Source: Candidatus Woesearchaeota archaeon (GTDB lineage: Archaea; Nanobdellota; Nanobdellia; Woesearchaeales; GW2011-AR4). Taken from it: 64,000 nt of DNA. The stretch covers positions 7,256-71,255 of the forward strand of contig JACPMR010000015.1 of NCBI GenBank assembly GCA_016185945.1, given 5' to 3'. Below the pieces are notes generated by a model. The model had not been told where the DNA came from and made no database searches. It saw only the letters and a list, made by a program, of their open reading frames with translations. A program made the position numbers and the translations under genes. Every line of letters begins with the position of its first letter. Positions within the stretch are counted from its first letter, which is position 1. Shown here one piece after another: positions 26,573 to 35,198 of the stretch.

Positions 26573-27178
26573 ATGGAATTGCTGTCTATGGATTATTTAG
26601 TTGTTATTTCTATGACTATTGTATTGATTAGCGGAATATACCAATTTTATTTTTGGTGCGAGAGAAAACATATCAGACCATGCAGGAGCTTACTTACTTT
26701 TTTAGATTCTTGGTTCAGTTGCCATCCCAGCTGGATTTGGATTTACGCGGGTTTGTATTACCCGGTGATTATTCTTGCAACTTTAACCTTAAAAGACACA
26801 CGCCATTTCGCATATACCACATTTAGCTATATTGTTTTGATGTTACTACAAATGATTTTTTTTCTTCTCTTCCCAGTCGAGACTCCTGTCCAATGGAGAA
26901 AGCAGGTATCCGGTAACTCCATATCAGAAAGATTCCTTCGACTTGTTCATAAGGCAGATACTGACTCAAATTGCTTCCCAAGCATGCATGTTAGCGTTGC
27001 AATGCTTACCTCACTACATTTAACCGCTAATGTGCCGAAACTTGGTTTGTGGACACTTTTATTTCCACTCCTCATCGCACTCAGCACACTTTATACCAAG
27101 AGGCATTATTTTTTGGATACAGTTCCAGGAGCGATACTTGGATGGATAGTTTTTAGGATTTATAATTTGATATACTAA
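26573..27178 (+). CDS. PAP2-superfamily membrane protein (Aur1/sphingomyelin-synthase-like motifs), paralog 1
   Basis: SNCFPSMHVSVA (PSGH-like) and YTKRHYFLDTVPGAILGW (SR-x5-H-x3-D-like) on a 6-TM scaffold; paralogous to 30027..30719. Confidence 0.55.
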   Translation: MELLSMDYLVVISMTIVLISGIYQFYFWCERKHIRPCRSLLTFLDSWFSCHPSWIWIYAGLYYPVIILATLTLKDTRHFAYTTFSYIVLMLLQMIFFLLFPVETPVQWRKQVSGNSISERFLRLVHKADTDSNCFPSMHVSVAMLTSLHLTANVPKLGLWTLLFPLLIALSTLYTKRHYFLDTVPGAILGWIVFRIYNLIY

Positions 27179-27259
27179 TGAAATCAAAAGATTAATAAAA
27201 TAAGTTTGGTTAATTTTACACTTATGATAGTTGATAAATCAAAAAACATAAATGAAACA

Positions 27260-27793
27260 ATGGTATTTTTTTCTACATTTTTGAAGAATCCAAAAGAAGT
27301 TAGCGCATTAATTCCCACTCCGAAGTTTTTAATTGACAAACTGCTGGAAGAGATTGATTTTGAAAATGCCAAGTATATTGCGGAATACGGCGCTGGCACT
27401 GGTTGTATAAGTGCCGAACTTCTCAAAAGAGCTGGAAAAGACGCAAAGATATTGTGCTTTGAATTAAATAGGACTCTGTTTAAATACCTAAAAGAGACTC
27501 TAAATGATGATAGGCTAAAAATAATTGGTGATAGTGCTGAAAAGGCAGCAGAATATGCAGTGAATTATGAAATTCCTTATTTTGATTATGTGATATCAAC
27601 ATTGCCATTCACTCATTTAGAGCCGGATACAAAAACTAAAATTCTTGTTGAAACTAAAAAGATTTTGAGCAACAAAGGAAAGTTTATATTTTACAAATTA
27701 TTCCCGCTTTACGAAAGAAACCTAAGAAAAATTTTCTCTAGAACATCGATGAAATTTGCATCTCCCTGCCTTGTATATGTATGCGGGAAGTAA
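27260..27793 (+). CDS. class I SAM-dependent methyltransferase, PmtA-type phospholipid N-methyltransferase candidate
   Basis: FLKNPKEVSALIPTPKFLIDKLLEEIDFENAKYIAEYGAGTGCISAELL is colinear with the N-terminal region and motif I of bacterial phospholipid N-methyltransferase (COG3963-like); embedded in a lipid head-group cluster. Confidence 0.5.
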   Translation: MVFFSTFLKNPKEVSALIPTPKFLIDKLLEEIDFENAKYIAEYGAGTGCISAELLKRAGKDAKILCFELNRTLFKYLKETLNDDRLKIIGDSAEKAAEYAVNYEIPYFDYVISTLPFTHLEPDTKTKILVETKKILSNKGKFIFYKLFPLYERNLRKIFSRTSMKFASPCLVYVCGK

Positions 27794-27797
27794 ACAA

Positions 27798-28868
27798 ATG
27801 AAACTAAAAATCAGAAAGGAAAGGATTTTCTTTGCGCTTACTTTTTTAAGGATAGTGCTTGCTTTTGTAGTGGCTGTTTCCATCTCGCTAAACAGAAGAA
27901 ACATAGCATTGTTTATTTTCATTTTTACGGCATTAGTCGGGTTCTTTGAGAATTTCATATCAAAAAAATACCCTTCGCAATTGCGCTCCATAATGGATTT
28001 TTTTGCCGACAAGCTTCTCGTCAATCTAACAGCGATAACACTTACATTAGGCGGTGTAATCCCCATATGGGCAACTGCGATTATTCTTGCTAGAGACATG
28101 CTTACAATAATCGGAGGCATAATTCTTTTTTACAAAAACTTGAAAAGGGAATTCAAGTCAAGTGTGCTCGGCAAAATAAGCTACTTCTTTCAGATTATGG
28201 CATTGATACAGATTATAATTAACCTGCAGATTGACTGGTATGCGATGTCGGCTGCGTTAGTGCTTACAGTCGCTTCAGGGATTTATGCGCTTGTAAAATC
28301 TGAGTTCAGGTTTACAAGGAAAAAAACCGACCTTGACGAGTTTAGGATATACAATCTAATAAAGTTTGCCGATATATTCACCCTGATGAATGTTGCGCTT
28401 GGGCTTGTAAGCATAGTTTTCGCCATAGACAGCAATTTCGATTATGCTGCTTTTGTGCTGCTCATTGCAGTTGCTTTTGATTATCTCGACGGTAAAATTG
28501 CCAAGTCTATGCAGCAGCAAAATCCATTCGGCAAGGAGCTTGACTCTTTGGCTGATACAGTTTCATTCGGCGTTGCGCCTGCAATATTCGGATTCAGCCT
28601 CATGCAGTTTACCTCAGACATAAGGTATTTTCAAATAACTTTTGGCATGATATCTTTTACGGTTTTCTTGTTCTGCGGTATTCTGAGGCTCGCGAGATAC
28701 AATATAATGGACATCAAAGGCGCATTTCAGGGAATGCCAATCACGCTGAATGGCATCATTATTCCGCTTGCCTACTTCATTGGAGTCCCCATCAAATTCT
28801 ATCCCTACATTTACTTATTGCTCGGGATATTTATGGTTTCTTCATTCAGAATAAAGAAGCTGCCTTAA
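27798..28868 (+). CDS. CDP-alcohol phosphatidyltransferase, two-domain (degenerate N-terminal copy plus canonical C-terminal copy)
   Basis: C-terminal half DYLDGKIAKSMQQQNPFGKELDSLADTVS fits D-G-x2-A-[RK]-x8-G-x3-D-x3-D; the N-terminal half has a degenerate version (ENFISKKYPSQLRSIMDFFADK); start taken at MKLKIRKER. Confidence 0.65.
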   Translation: MKLKIRKERIFFALTFLRIVLAFVVAVSISLNRRNIALFIFIFTALVGFFENFISKKYPSQLRSIMDFFADKLLVNLTAITLTLGGVIPIWATAIILARDMLTIIGGIILFYKNLKREFKSSVLGKISYFFQIMALIQIIINLQIDWYAMSAALVLTVASGIYALVKSEFRFTRKKTDLDEFRIYNLIKFADIFTLMNVALGLVSIVFAIDSNFDYAAFVLLIAVAFDYLDGKIAKSMQQQNPFGKELDSLADTVSFGVAPAIFGFSLMQFTSDIRYFQITFGMISFTVFLFCGILRLARYNIMDIKGAFQGMPITLNGIIIPLAYFIGVPIKFYPYIYLLLGIFMVSSFRIKKLP

Positions 28869-29974
28869 GCAATCGCTGTTTTCTTTAGCGTCTTTTTGGG
28901 CAGCCTCAAAAACTTGAATATATAACCAATCATTGTTAGATACACCATTACGAGTGTTGCTATCATCAAATAAAAGCTGTATCCAAAATTGACATTGTAT
29001 CCAAAACTTATCAAAATAGAGATTATGGTTATATAAGTTAAGCTTACACTTACCCTTGATATAAAAGTTACAGGTACTATTTTTGTTCTCTTGGCATAAG
29101 CCACTTTTAAAGCGCCACTAATCAAAGAAGGCACAACCAGAAACACAAACCATGATGCATCAATGTAATTTTTTATGATAAAAAGAATAAATGTGGCTAT
29201 TATCAGTGTCCAATCTGTAAAAGAGTCTAAGGCGCTTCCAAGTTCTGTCTTCTGGTTCATTAGCCTTGCTGAGATTCCATCAAGCTTGTCAGTCAAGGTT
29301 ATTATTGCAAAAATAAACAAAGATATCTGTATTTTTGAACTCAAGAGGTAGTACCCAAAAGGGGCAATCAGTACAAATCTTGTCAAAGTTATTATGTTTG
29401 GCGTATTAATTACTTTATTGCCTGTCATTTGTCTTATTCTGATTAGGTATTCAAGCCCTGACACGAGGGTAAGAAAAACAGCGCCAAGCATTGCGTACCA
29501 GCTAAATGGCAACTTTAAAAGAACAAACACAATTGCAATGCTTTGCACCACTGTTTTTGCCTTTCCAAATGTGCTCGCTGGCACAACTATCCTGCTTGGC
29601 AATAGGTAAATTCGTATTGCGGTTATTATTATTTCCCTAACAATAATTGCAACAGCCATCCACAGCTCAACGCCCTTGCCGATTAGGAATATTAATGCCG
29701 TTGAAATCAGCAGCTTATCTGCAATCGGATCTATAAGCTTGCCAAATTCAGTAACCTGTTTTTTCTTTCTCGCAAAATATCCGTCCAAAAAATCGGATAC
29801 AGAAAGCAGTCCAAAGATAAATGCCGACAAGATGTTTTTATAAAGTATGTCAGCCAAAAGAATTACCGCAAATAAAGGTATCAAGCCTATCCTGATGATT
29901 GTTATTTTGTTGGGAATGTTGGATTTGAATTGCATGTTCTCAGAGTATTCAGTGCCGTTTAAATAATTTTGCAA
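28865..29974 (-). CDS. tandem CDP-alcohol phosphatidyltransferase (two complete catalytic motifs in one polypeptide)
   Basis: Motif 1 DFLDGYFARKKKQVTEFGKLIDPIADK and motif 2 DKLDGISARLMNQKTELGSALDSFTDW both match D-G-x2-A-R-x8-G-x3-D-x3-D perfectly; about 12 TM segments. Confidence 0.75.
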   Translation of the reverse strand: MQNYLNGTEYSENMQFKSNIPNKITIIRIGLIPLFAVILLADILYKNILSAFIFGLLSVSDFLDGYFARKKKQVTEFGKLIDPIADKLLISTALIFLIGKGVELWMAVAIIVREIIITAIRIYLLPSRIVVPASTFGKAKTVVQSIAIVFVLLKLPFSWYAMLGAVFLTLVSGLEYLIRIRQMTGNKVINTPNIITLTRFVLIAPFGYYLLSSKIQISLFIFAIITLTDKLDGISARLMNQKTELGSALDSFTDWTLIIATFILFIIKNYIDASWFVFLVVPSLISGALKVAYAKRTKIVPVTFISRVSVSLTYITIISILISFGYNVNFGYSFYLMIATLVMVYLTMIGYIFKFLRLPKKTLKKTAIA

Positions 29975-30026
29975 GGATTAAAATTACAATCTTATTTGGC
30001 AAGCATTCTATAGACTGGAATGATAA

Positions 30027-30719
30027 CTACACTATTATCGTGTAAACCAGCCATCCAAGAAGTATTCCTGGCAAAATGTCGGCAACCTGATGCTGCTTGA
30101 CGAACAGGCAGCTTATTGCAATCAGGAATATAAAAATCAGAGAATAGTAAGACATAACTGGCAGAAGGATTAGCCCTGCGTATGTCGCAACTGAGCAATG
30201 CATGCTTGGGAAGCAATTTCTCCCATTGTCTAGCTTTTGAACGAATTTTAGGAATTTTGTGGATAATGAATTAGCTTTATATTTCCGCCAGCTTGACGGC
30301 ACAGTGCATGGAAACAAAAGGAAACATATTGATTGAAGAAGAAGAAGCAGTAGCCCGCCGAAAATCAGGTTTACGCCTTCCTCTATCGAGTTTATCGAAA
30401 CGGCAACATAACCAATAAGCAAATAATATGAAAAACTGTAAATCCAAATAAATTGCGGCCAAAAGGGTATGTAATCGTCCAATCTTGTTTTCAAGCACCT
30501 TGTCCTAAAAAAGTAATTATTGCGTTGCACCCAAAAAAATATTTGGTAGCTTCCGGTGACAACCACTGCAAGAACCGAAGTAAACACAAGATACTGGTAG
30601 TAAGTCAAGGGCGAGTTGATGAATGTTTTGCCAAAATAGTAGTAAATAAAAGAGAAAGCGATTGTGCCGAGAAATATCAGCAACATATACTTGGGGCTGA
30701 TACCGCTTTTAGCCTTCAT
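30027..30719 (-). CDS. PAP2-superfamily membrane protein, paralog 2
   Basis: RNCFPSMHCSVA and VKQHQVADILPGILLGW paralogous to 26573..27178; start placed at MKAKSGISPKYMLLIF to avoid a 70-bp antisense overlap with the next gene (alternative starts at 30803 or 30833). Confidence 0.5.
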   Translation of the reverse strand: MKAKSGISPKYMLLIFLGTIAFSFIYYYFGKTFINSPLTYYQYLVFTSVLAVVVTGSYQIFFWVQRNNYFFRTRCLKTRLDDYIPFWPQFIWIYSFSYYLLIGYVAVSINSIEEGVNLIFGGLLLLLLQSICFLLFPCTVPSSWRKYKANSLSTKFLKFVQKLDNGRNCFPSMHCSVATYAGLILLPVMSYYSLIFIFLIAISCLFVKQHQVADILPGILLGWLVYTIIV

Positions 30720-30762
30720 AAAAGAAAAAATTTTATAATAGCTTAAATAATTTTCTAAAGGA

Positions 30763-31257
30763 ATGTGCAATAAAAAACCTATTTTGCTGATTTTTTTAGT
30801 CATTTTTATGTCAGGGTGCGGCGAAGCTGACAAGGAGAGGATTGCAAAAGAACTTGTTTATAAACATGCAAAAGCGTGGGAAACGGGCAATTATGAGCTT
30901 CTTAATTCCGTATTGCATGACGATGTTGTTTTTGCCTATCCGGGAAGGAGATTGAACAAACAGGAGACACTTGCTGACTTGATTGATTATAACAAGTCAT
31001 TCAGAGACACAAAAATATATATCAACAAGATTATTATCGAGGGTGACAATTTGGCTGTAGAATGGCAGTTTGCATCGACAAATATAAAAACAGGAAACAG
31101 GACTGCAGTCAGCGACGCCATAGTCGGGAAGATTAAAGATGGAAAGTTTGTAGTTTGGAAGGAATACCTTGACGGGCGAGTAAGTAGGATGCAGGCTACT
31201 GGCGAGCTACCTCTTGAAGAAGGGCAGGAGCCATTTCCGTGGCCAAGGAAGAAGTAA
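30763..31257 (+). CDS. NTF2-like (SnoaL/ketosteroid-isomerase-fold) lipoprotein
   Basis: Signal peptide with lipobox LIFLVIFMSGC; NTF2-like core DVVFAYPG ... DNLAVEWQF ... DGKFVVWKEYLD. Confidence 0.55.
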   Translation: MCNKKPILLIFLVIFMSGCGEADKERIAKELVYKHAKAWETGNYELLNSVLHDDVVFAYPGRRLNKQETLADLIDYNKSFRDTKIYINKIIIEGDNLAVEWQFASTNIKTGNRTAVSDAIVGKIKDGKFVVWKEYLDGRVSRMQATGELPLEEGQEPFPWPRKK

Positions 31258-31258
31258 G

Positions 31259-31894
31259 ATGAAATACGATTTGCATATGCATACTTTTTACTCAAAATGC
31301 AGCAATCTGAAGCCGCAAACTATACTAAAGCTGGCAAAAAAGAAAAAGCTAGACGGGATTGCGATAACAGACCATCATGAGATAAAAGGCGCCTTGGAAG
31401 TAAAAAAACTCAATAAAGACAAAGGCTTTGAAGTGATTGTAGGCGAGGAGATTAGTACAAATTATGGAGATGTTTTAGTTTATTACTTAAACAAAAAAAT
31501 TGACAAAATAGATTTCTATGAAGTCTCTGAAGAGGCAAAACGACAGAATGCGCTGATAACAATAGCCCATCCCTTCAGAACAACTTTGGTGCATAACCAC
31601 AGATTTAAGTTACCATTAGAAAAGGTAAAACATAACATTGATGCGATTGAATGCTTCAACGCAAGAACATTGCCAGGCGACAACAAAAAAGCAAATGAAG
31701 CTGCGGAAAAGCTAAAGGTTGCAAAAACTGGTGGCTCGGACTCACACTTTTTATTTGAAATAGGAACTGCACATACAATTTTTGAAGGCAGTTTAAGGAC
31801 AGCATTAAAAAGAAAGCAAACAAAGATTGCTGGCACAATCATGTTTGGGGCTTTTGGAGGCGTGTTGAGTTACCTGAGGAAAAAAATCTTTTAA
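31259..31894 (+). CDS. PHP-domain metal-dependent phosphoesterase
   Basis: MKYDLHMHTFYS ... GIAITDHH ... IAHPFR: PHP histidine motifs; start taken at MKYDL rather than the overlapping upstream Met. Confidence 0.75.
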   Translation: MKYDLHMHTFYSKCSNLKPQTILKLAKKKKLDGIAITDHHEIKGALEVKKLNKDKGFEVIVGEEISTNYGDVLVYYLNKKIDKIDFYEVSEEAKRQNALITIAHPFRTTLVHNHRFKLPLEKVKHNIDAIECFNARTLPGDNKKANEAAEKLKVAKTGGSDSHFLFEIGTAHTIFEGSLRTALKRKQTKIAGTIMFGAFGGVLSYLRKKIF

Positions 31895-32451
31895 GATAAT
31901 TCATCCCTTAATTCATAAGTACTCTTAAGCAAATCCAGTGTCTGTTTTTTTATGTTTTTTTTATTCTTTATATGAATTAACTTTCCTATGTTTATTGTCG
32001 AGCTAAATGGCTTGCTGGAAAATCTTATGCCCATTGGCAGGATGGGCGTTCTGGTTTCAAGGGCAAGCCTTACAGCCCCTGTCTTTGGATTTTCTTTGCG
32101 GTCCTTTCTTTCCAAAATGCCCTCAGGAAAAATACCCACTATGCCTCCTGATTCGATAACTTTTTTTGCTCCCTGATAAGCTTGCTTGGGGTCAAACAAA
32201 AGGATGGTGCCCGCCCACTTGCTGTAAATTTTAGTTTTAGCAAACCAGAACAATGGCACGGATATAAAATGCACTTTTCTGTTTAATTTACTGATTATAA
32301 GATAACCAACCAATAAATGATCCAAATGATGCTCATGATTTGCTACGACTATAAACGGGGTTTTAGGGGGAACATTCTCTACACCTTTGACTCTTTTTAT
32401 GATTACTCTTAAAAGAGGTAAAAACAGCAATTTGGATATTGGATATACCAT
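31891..32451 (-). CDS. lysophospholipid acyltransferase (PlsC/LPLAT-family) protein
   Basis: VVANHEHHLDHLLV (H-x4-D acyltransferase motif I) and GIFPEGI (FPEG motif III); 186 aa. Confidence 0.65.
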   Translation of the reverse strand: MVYPISKLLFLPLLRVIIKRVKGVENVPPKTPFIVVANHEHHLDHLLVGYLIISKLNRKVHFISVPLFWFAKTKIYSKWAGTILLFDPKQAYQGAKKVIESGGIVGIFPEGILERKDRKENPKTGAVRLALETRTPILPMGIRFSSKPFSSTINIGKLIHIKNKKNIKKQTLDLLKSTYELRDELS

Positions 32452-32667
32452 TTTTCAGCTTATTATCAAAATAGTTTGTTCTTACAATAACGACAATATA
32501 ATTTCTTGGAGATTGCCATATAAATTTTTAATAAATATTTAAAAGTTGGCATTAGGATAAAATTTTAGCATTATTGGTCCATTAAATTCAGAAAGACTTA
32601 TAAACATTTAAGTATTAGTATTTTTTGAATTGTACATTTTTATAAACTATAGGCTGCTTCCAAAAAT

Positions 32668-33363
32668 ATGATAAGCATTTTAGTACCTACTTATAACGAA
32701 GAGAAGTATCTTCCTAATTTATTGGATTCCATTGAAAAACAAACTTACAAAAATTACGAAATTATTGTAGCAGATGCCAATTCTAAAGACAAAACAAGAC
32801 GTATAGCAAAAAAATACGGATGCAAAGTTGTGAAAGGGGGGCTAACTGCTGTCGGCAGGAATAATGGCGCAAAGGCGGCAAAAGGTGACATACTATTGTT
32901 TTTGGATGCCGATATGCAGTTGCCTGATGAATTTTTTTTGGCTAGAGCCCTTCATGAATTTAAAAGACTAGATCTTGGAGCGCTTGCATGCTGGTATACT
33001 CCGAAAGAAAATAAGTACATTTACAAACTTTATTGGATTGTTGCACATACAATTCGACTCGTGTTGCAGTTCTTTAAGCCATACGGGGCAGCTGCGATTA
33101 TGACTACAAAGAAAATGCATTTTAGAGTAGGAGGATTTATAGAAAAGCCAGCACTAATGGAGGAGCATATTTATGCAAGAAATATATCTAAAATCAAAAA
33201 AGTAAGATTGCTACCATGGATTAGGGTAAGAGTATCAATGCGCAGATTTAAGTCAGAAGGGCTATTTAGTATCATAAAGAAATATTTGATGCTTGAAATT
33301 TATGAGTTATTAAAAAAAGAGCCCACTTATAAGGATTTTGACTATAAATTTGGCAAATTCTGA
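32668..33363 (+). CDS. family 2 glycosyltransferase
   Basis: ISILVPTYNEEKYL ... EIIVADANSKDKT ... LFLDADM: GT2 DxD-type signatures. Confidence 0.75.
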   Translation: MISILVPTYNEEKYLPNLLDSIEKQTYKNYEIIVADANSKDKTRRIAKKYGCKVVKGGLTAVGRNNGAKAAKGDILLFLDADMQLPDEFFLARALHEFKRLDLGALACWYTPKENKYIYKLYWIVAHTIRLVLQFFKPYGAAAIMTTKKMHFRVGGFIEKPALMEEHIYARNISKIKKVRLLPWIRVRVSMRRFKSEGLFSIIKKYLMLEIYELLKKEPTYKDFDYKFGKF

Positions 33364-33457
33364 TATACTCAAAAGAAGGCAAAAGAATAAGGTAAAGCGG
33401 TTTAATACCATAACATTATGCAAAACTATTTAAATTAATATTTAAAAGTTTTCTCTT

Positions 33458-34006
33458 ATGGCGGAGTCCCTTGTAACATTCTTAGTGAAATGCTTTTATC
33501 TAATGCTTCCAGCATATTTTGCCAATATGGCTCCGGTGATTGTGAAAAAAATCAATTTGCTTGCTTTTCCGATTGATTTTAATAAGCGCATAGGCAATAA
33601 GCCAATATTGGGCAAAAACAAAACCTTTAGGGGCTTGATTTTTGGGGTGATTTTTGCGATAATTGTTGCTTACTTGCAGTTTTTGCTGTATGGGGCAGAG
33701 TTATTTAGGAATTTCTCATTCCTTAATTATCAAAACTGGCTTTTGTTTGGGTTTTTGATGGGATTAGGTGCCTTGGTGGGCGATTTGGCAAAGAGCTTTA
33801 TCAAAAGAAGGCTCGGCTTAAAGCCAAGTGAGAGATTTGTGCCAGTTGACCAGATAGATTTTGTTATTGGAGCTTTAGTTTTTGTAATGCCTTTGCTTGA
33901 GATAACATTCAAGATATTTTTGACATCTTTGATATTAAGTTTTGTACTGGACATTATAATAAACCACATTGCTTTCCACCTGAGAGTAAGAAATGAGAAA
34001 TGGTGA
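33458..34006 (+). CDS. carS: CDP-archaeol synthase candidate (CarS, CDP-2,3-bis-O-geranylgeranyl-sn-glycerol synthase)
   Basis: 182 aa polytopic membrane protein; ILGKNKTFRGLIFG resembles the CarS (DUF46) conserved K-T-W/F-R-G segment; lies in the lipid cluster. Confidence 0.55.
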   Translation: MAESLVTFLVKCFYLMLPAYFANMAPVIVKKINLLAFPIDFNKRIGNKPILGKNKTFRGLIFGVIFAIIVAYLQFLLYGAELFRNFSFLNYQNWLLFGFLMGLGALVGDLAKSFIKRRLGLKPSERFVPVDQIDFVIGALVFVMPLLEITFKIFLTSLILSFVLDIIINHIAFHLRVRNEKW

Positions 34007-34474
34007 CTAGACCAAAAATAGAACATTTGCAATCAAAATGAACCCAAGATTATAAAAAATAACCTTATGACCATTCTTTTCTTTTTTGCTGTATACCAAA
34101 GAAGCTGTCGGCAATCCATACAGCAAAATCAAGCTTGACTCTATAATAAATAGGTTTGAATTTTTTGAGCCGAGAAAAAACAAAATTCCCAATAGAGTGT
34201 AAGCGATTATGGTTTTCTTAAATAAATCTGCCATCTTGTATTCGACAAATGCCAAAAATACAAAATAAGCAAGCAGTATAAGCAGGCTAAATTTGTCATT
34301 AAAATAGTAAAACATTGTGAAAATAGAAATCAAAATTAGCAAAATCTCCCTTCCATGCACAAAATATTTTTTCAGTGGCTTTTGCTCTTCCGGAGCTATT
34401 TTCACAAGCGCTATGCCGCTTAACAACCCCAGATATGAGGTTACAGAAGCAAAAAAATAATTTATGAATTGCAT
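34007..34474 (-). CDS. small integral membrane protein, unknown function
   Basis: 155 aa, 4-5 hydrophobic helices. Confidence 0.35.
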   Translation of the reverse strand: MQFINYFFASVTSYLGLLSGIALVKIAPEEQKPLKKYFVHGREILLILISIFTMFYYFNDKFSLLILLAYFVFLAFVEYKMADLFKKTIIAYTLLGILFFLGSKNSNLFIIESSLILLYGLPTASLVYSKKEKNGHKVIFYNLGFILIANVLFLV

Positions 34475-34475
34475 C

Positions 34476-34928
34476 TTAAGTCATTCTGTCTATCTTATTT
34501 ATTCTTCTGATGTGCCTTTCTTCGTTTCTGAAATCTGTATTTAGCCATAATTTTACTGCTTTTATTGCTTCGTCTTTTGGCAGAAATCTAGCCCCAAGGG
34601 AGAGTATGTTGGCATTGTTGTGGGTGCGCGAAAGCCTGACAATTTCCATATTGCCTCCGTAATACAAAGCAACCCTTACGCCTTTTACTCTGTTTGCAAC
34701 TATTGCTTCGCCTTGCCCTGATGCACCAAAGATTATGCCTCTGGCATTTTTGTTTTTTGCAACTTCCTTTGCTACAGGCACGATAAAATCAGGGTAATCA
34801 TCCAACTTGTCAAACGAATGCGCGCCCTTGTCAACAACTTCATAGTTATTTTTGATGAGGCATCTTTTGATGTATTCTTTTAATTGAAATCCAGCGTGGT
34901 CTGAGCCAAGAAATATTTTAGGTTTCAT
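34476..34928 (-). CDS. rpiB: ribose-5-phosphate isomerase B (RpiB/LacAB family)
   Basis: MKPKIFLGSDHAGFQLKEY ... GIIFGASGQGEAIVANR ... ALYYG: RpiB signatures; start at the internal Met (ATG 34926-34928). Confidence 0.8.
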   Translation of the reverse strand: MKPKIFLGSDHAGFQLKEYIKRCLIKNNYEVVDKGAHSFDKLDDYPDFIVPVAKEVAKNKNARGIIFGASGQGEAIVANRVKGVRVALYYGGNMEIVRLSRTHNNANILSLGARFLPKDEAIKAVKLWLNTDFRNEERHIRRINKIDRMT

Positions 34929-35034
34929 TACTAATAAATCTAAACTTGTTGCTTTTAAATCTTTCTCAAAATGTTTGAAAATATTAAAAATTCGTTCAAT
35001 AAATACTTCAATAATATATATCAACAATCACGAG

Positions 35035-35172
35035 AGCTTCCTTTAGAAGTAAGCATGATGAAGGAGACCTGCTTTTGCAGAAGGCACTTTCTATCGCAGC
35101 AATCAAGTGCAGGAAGAAGAGGCTGTGGCTCCCTTACCACAAAAGCAGCTACAGGGAAGCCAGATTTTTGAA
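35035..35172. repeat. GC-rich intergenic repeat element, copy E
   Basis: CAATCACGAGAGCTTCC ... GAAGTAAGCATGATGAA ... CAATCAAGTGCAGGAAGAAGAGGCTGTGGCTCCCTTACCACAAAAGCAGCTACAGGGAAGCC; right end degraded (CAGATTTTTGAA). Confidence 0.65.
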
Positions 35173-35198
35173 TAATAATTAGAAATCTTAATTGACTT

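Noticed and set aside
31214-31258. Upstream start of the PHP-domain gene at 31214 (MKKGRSHFRGQ...)
   Set aside because: It would overlap the preceding NTF2-like gene by 44 nt in another frame. The conserved PHP N-terminus begins at MKYDLHMHT (31259).
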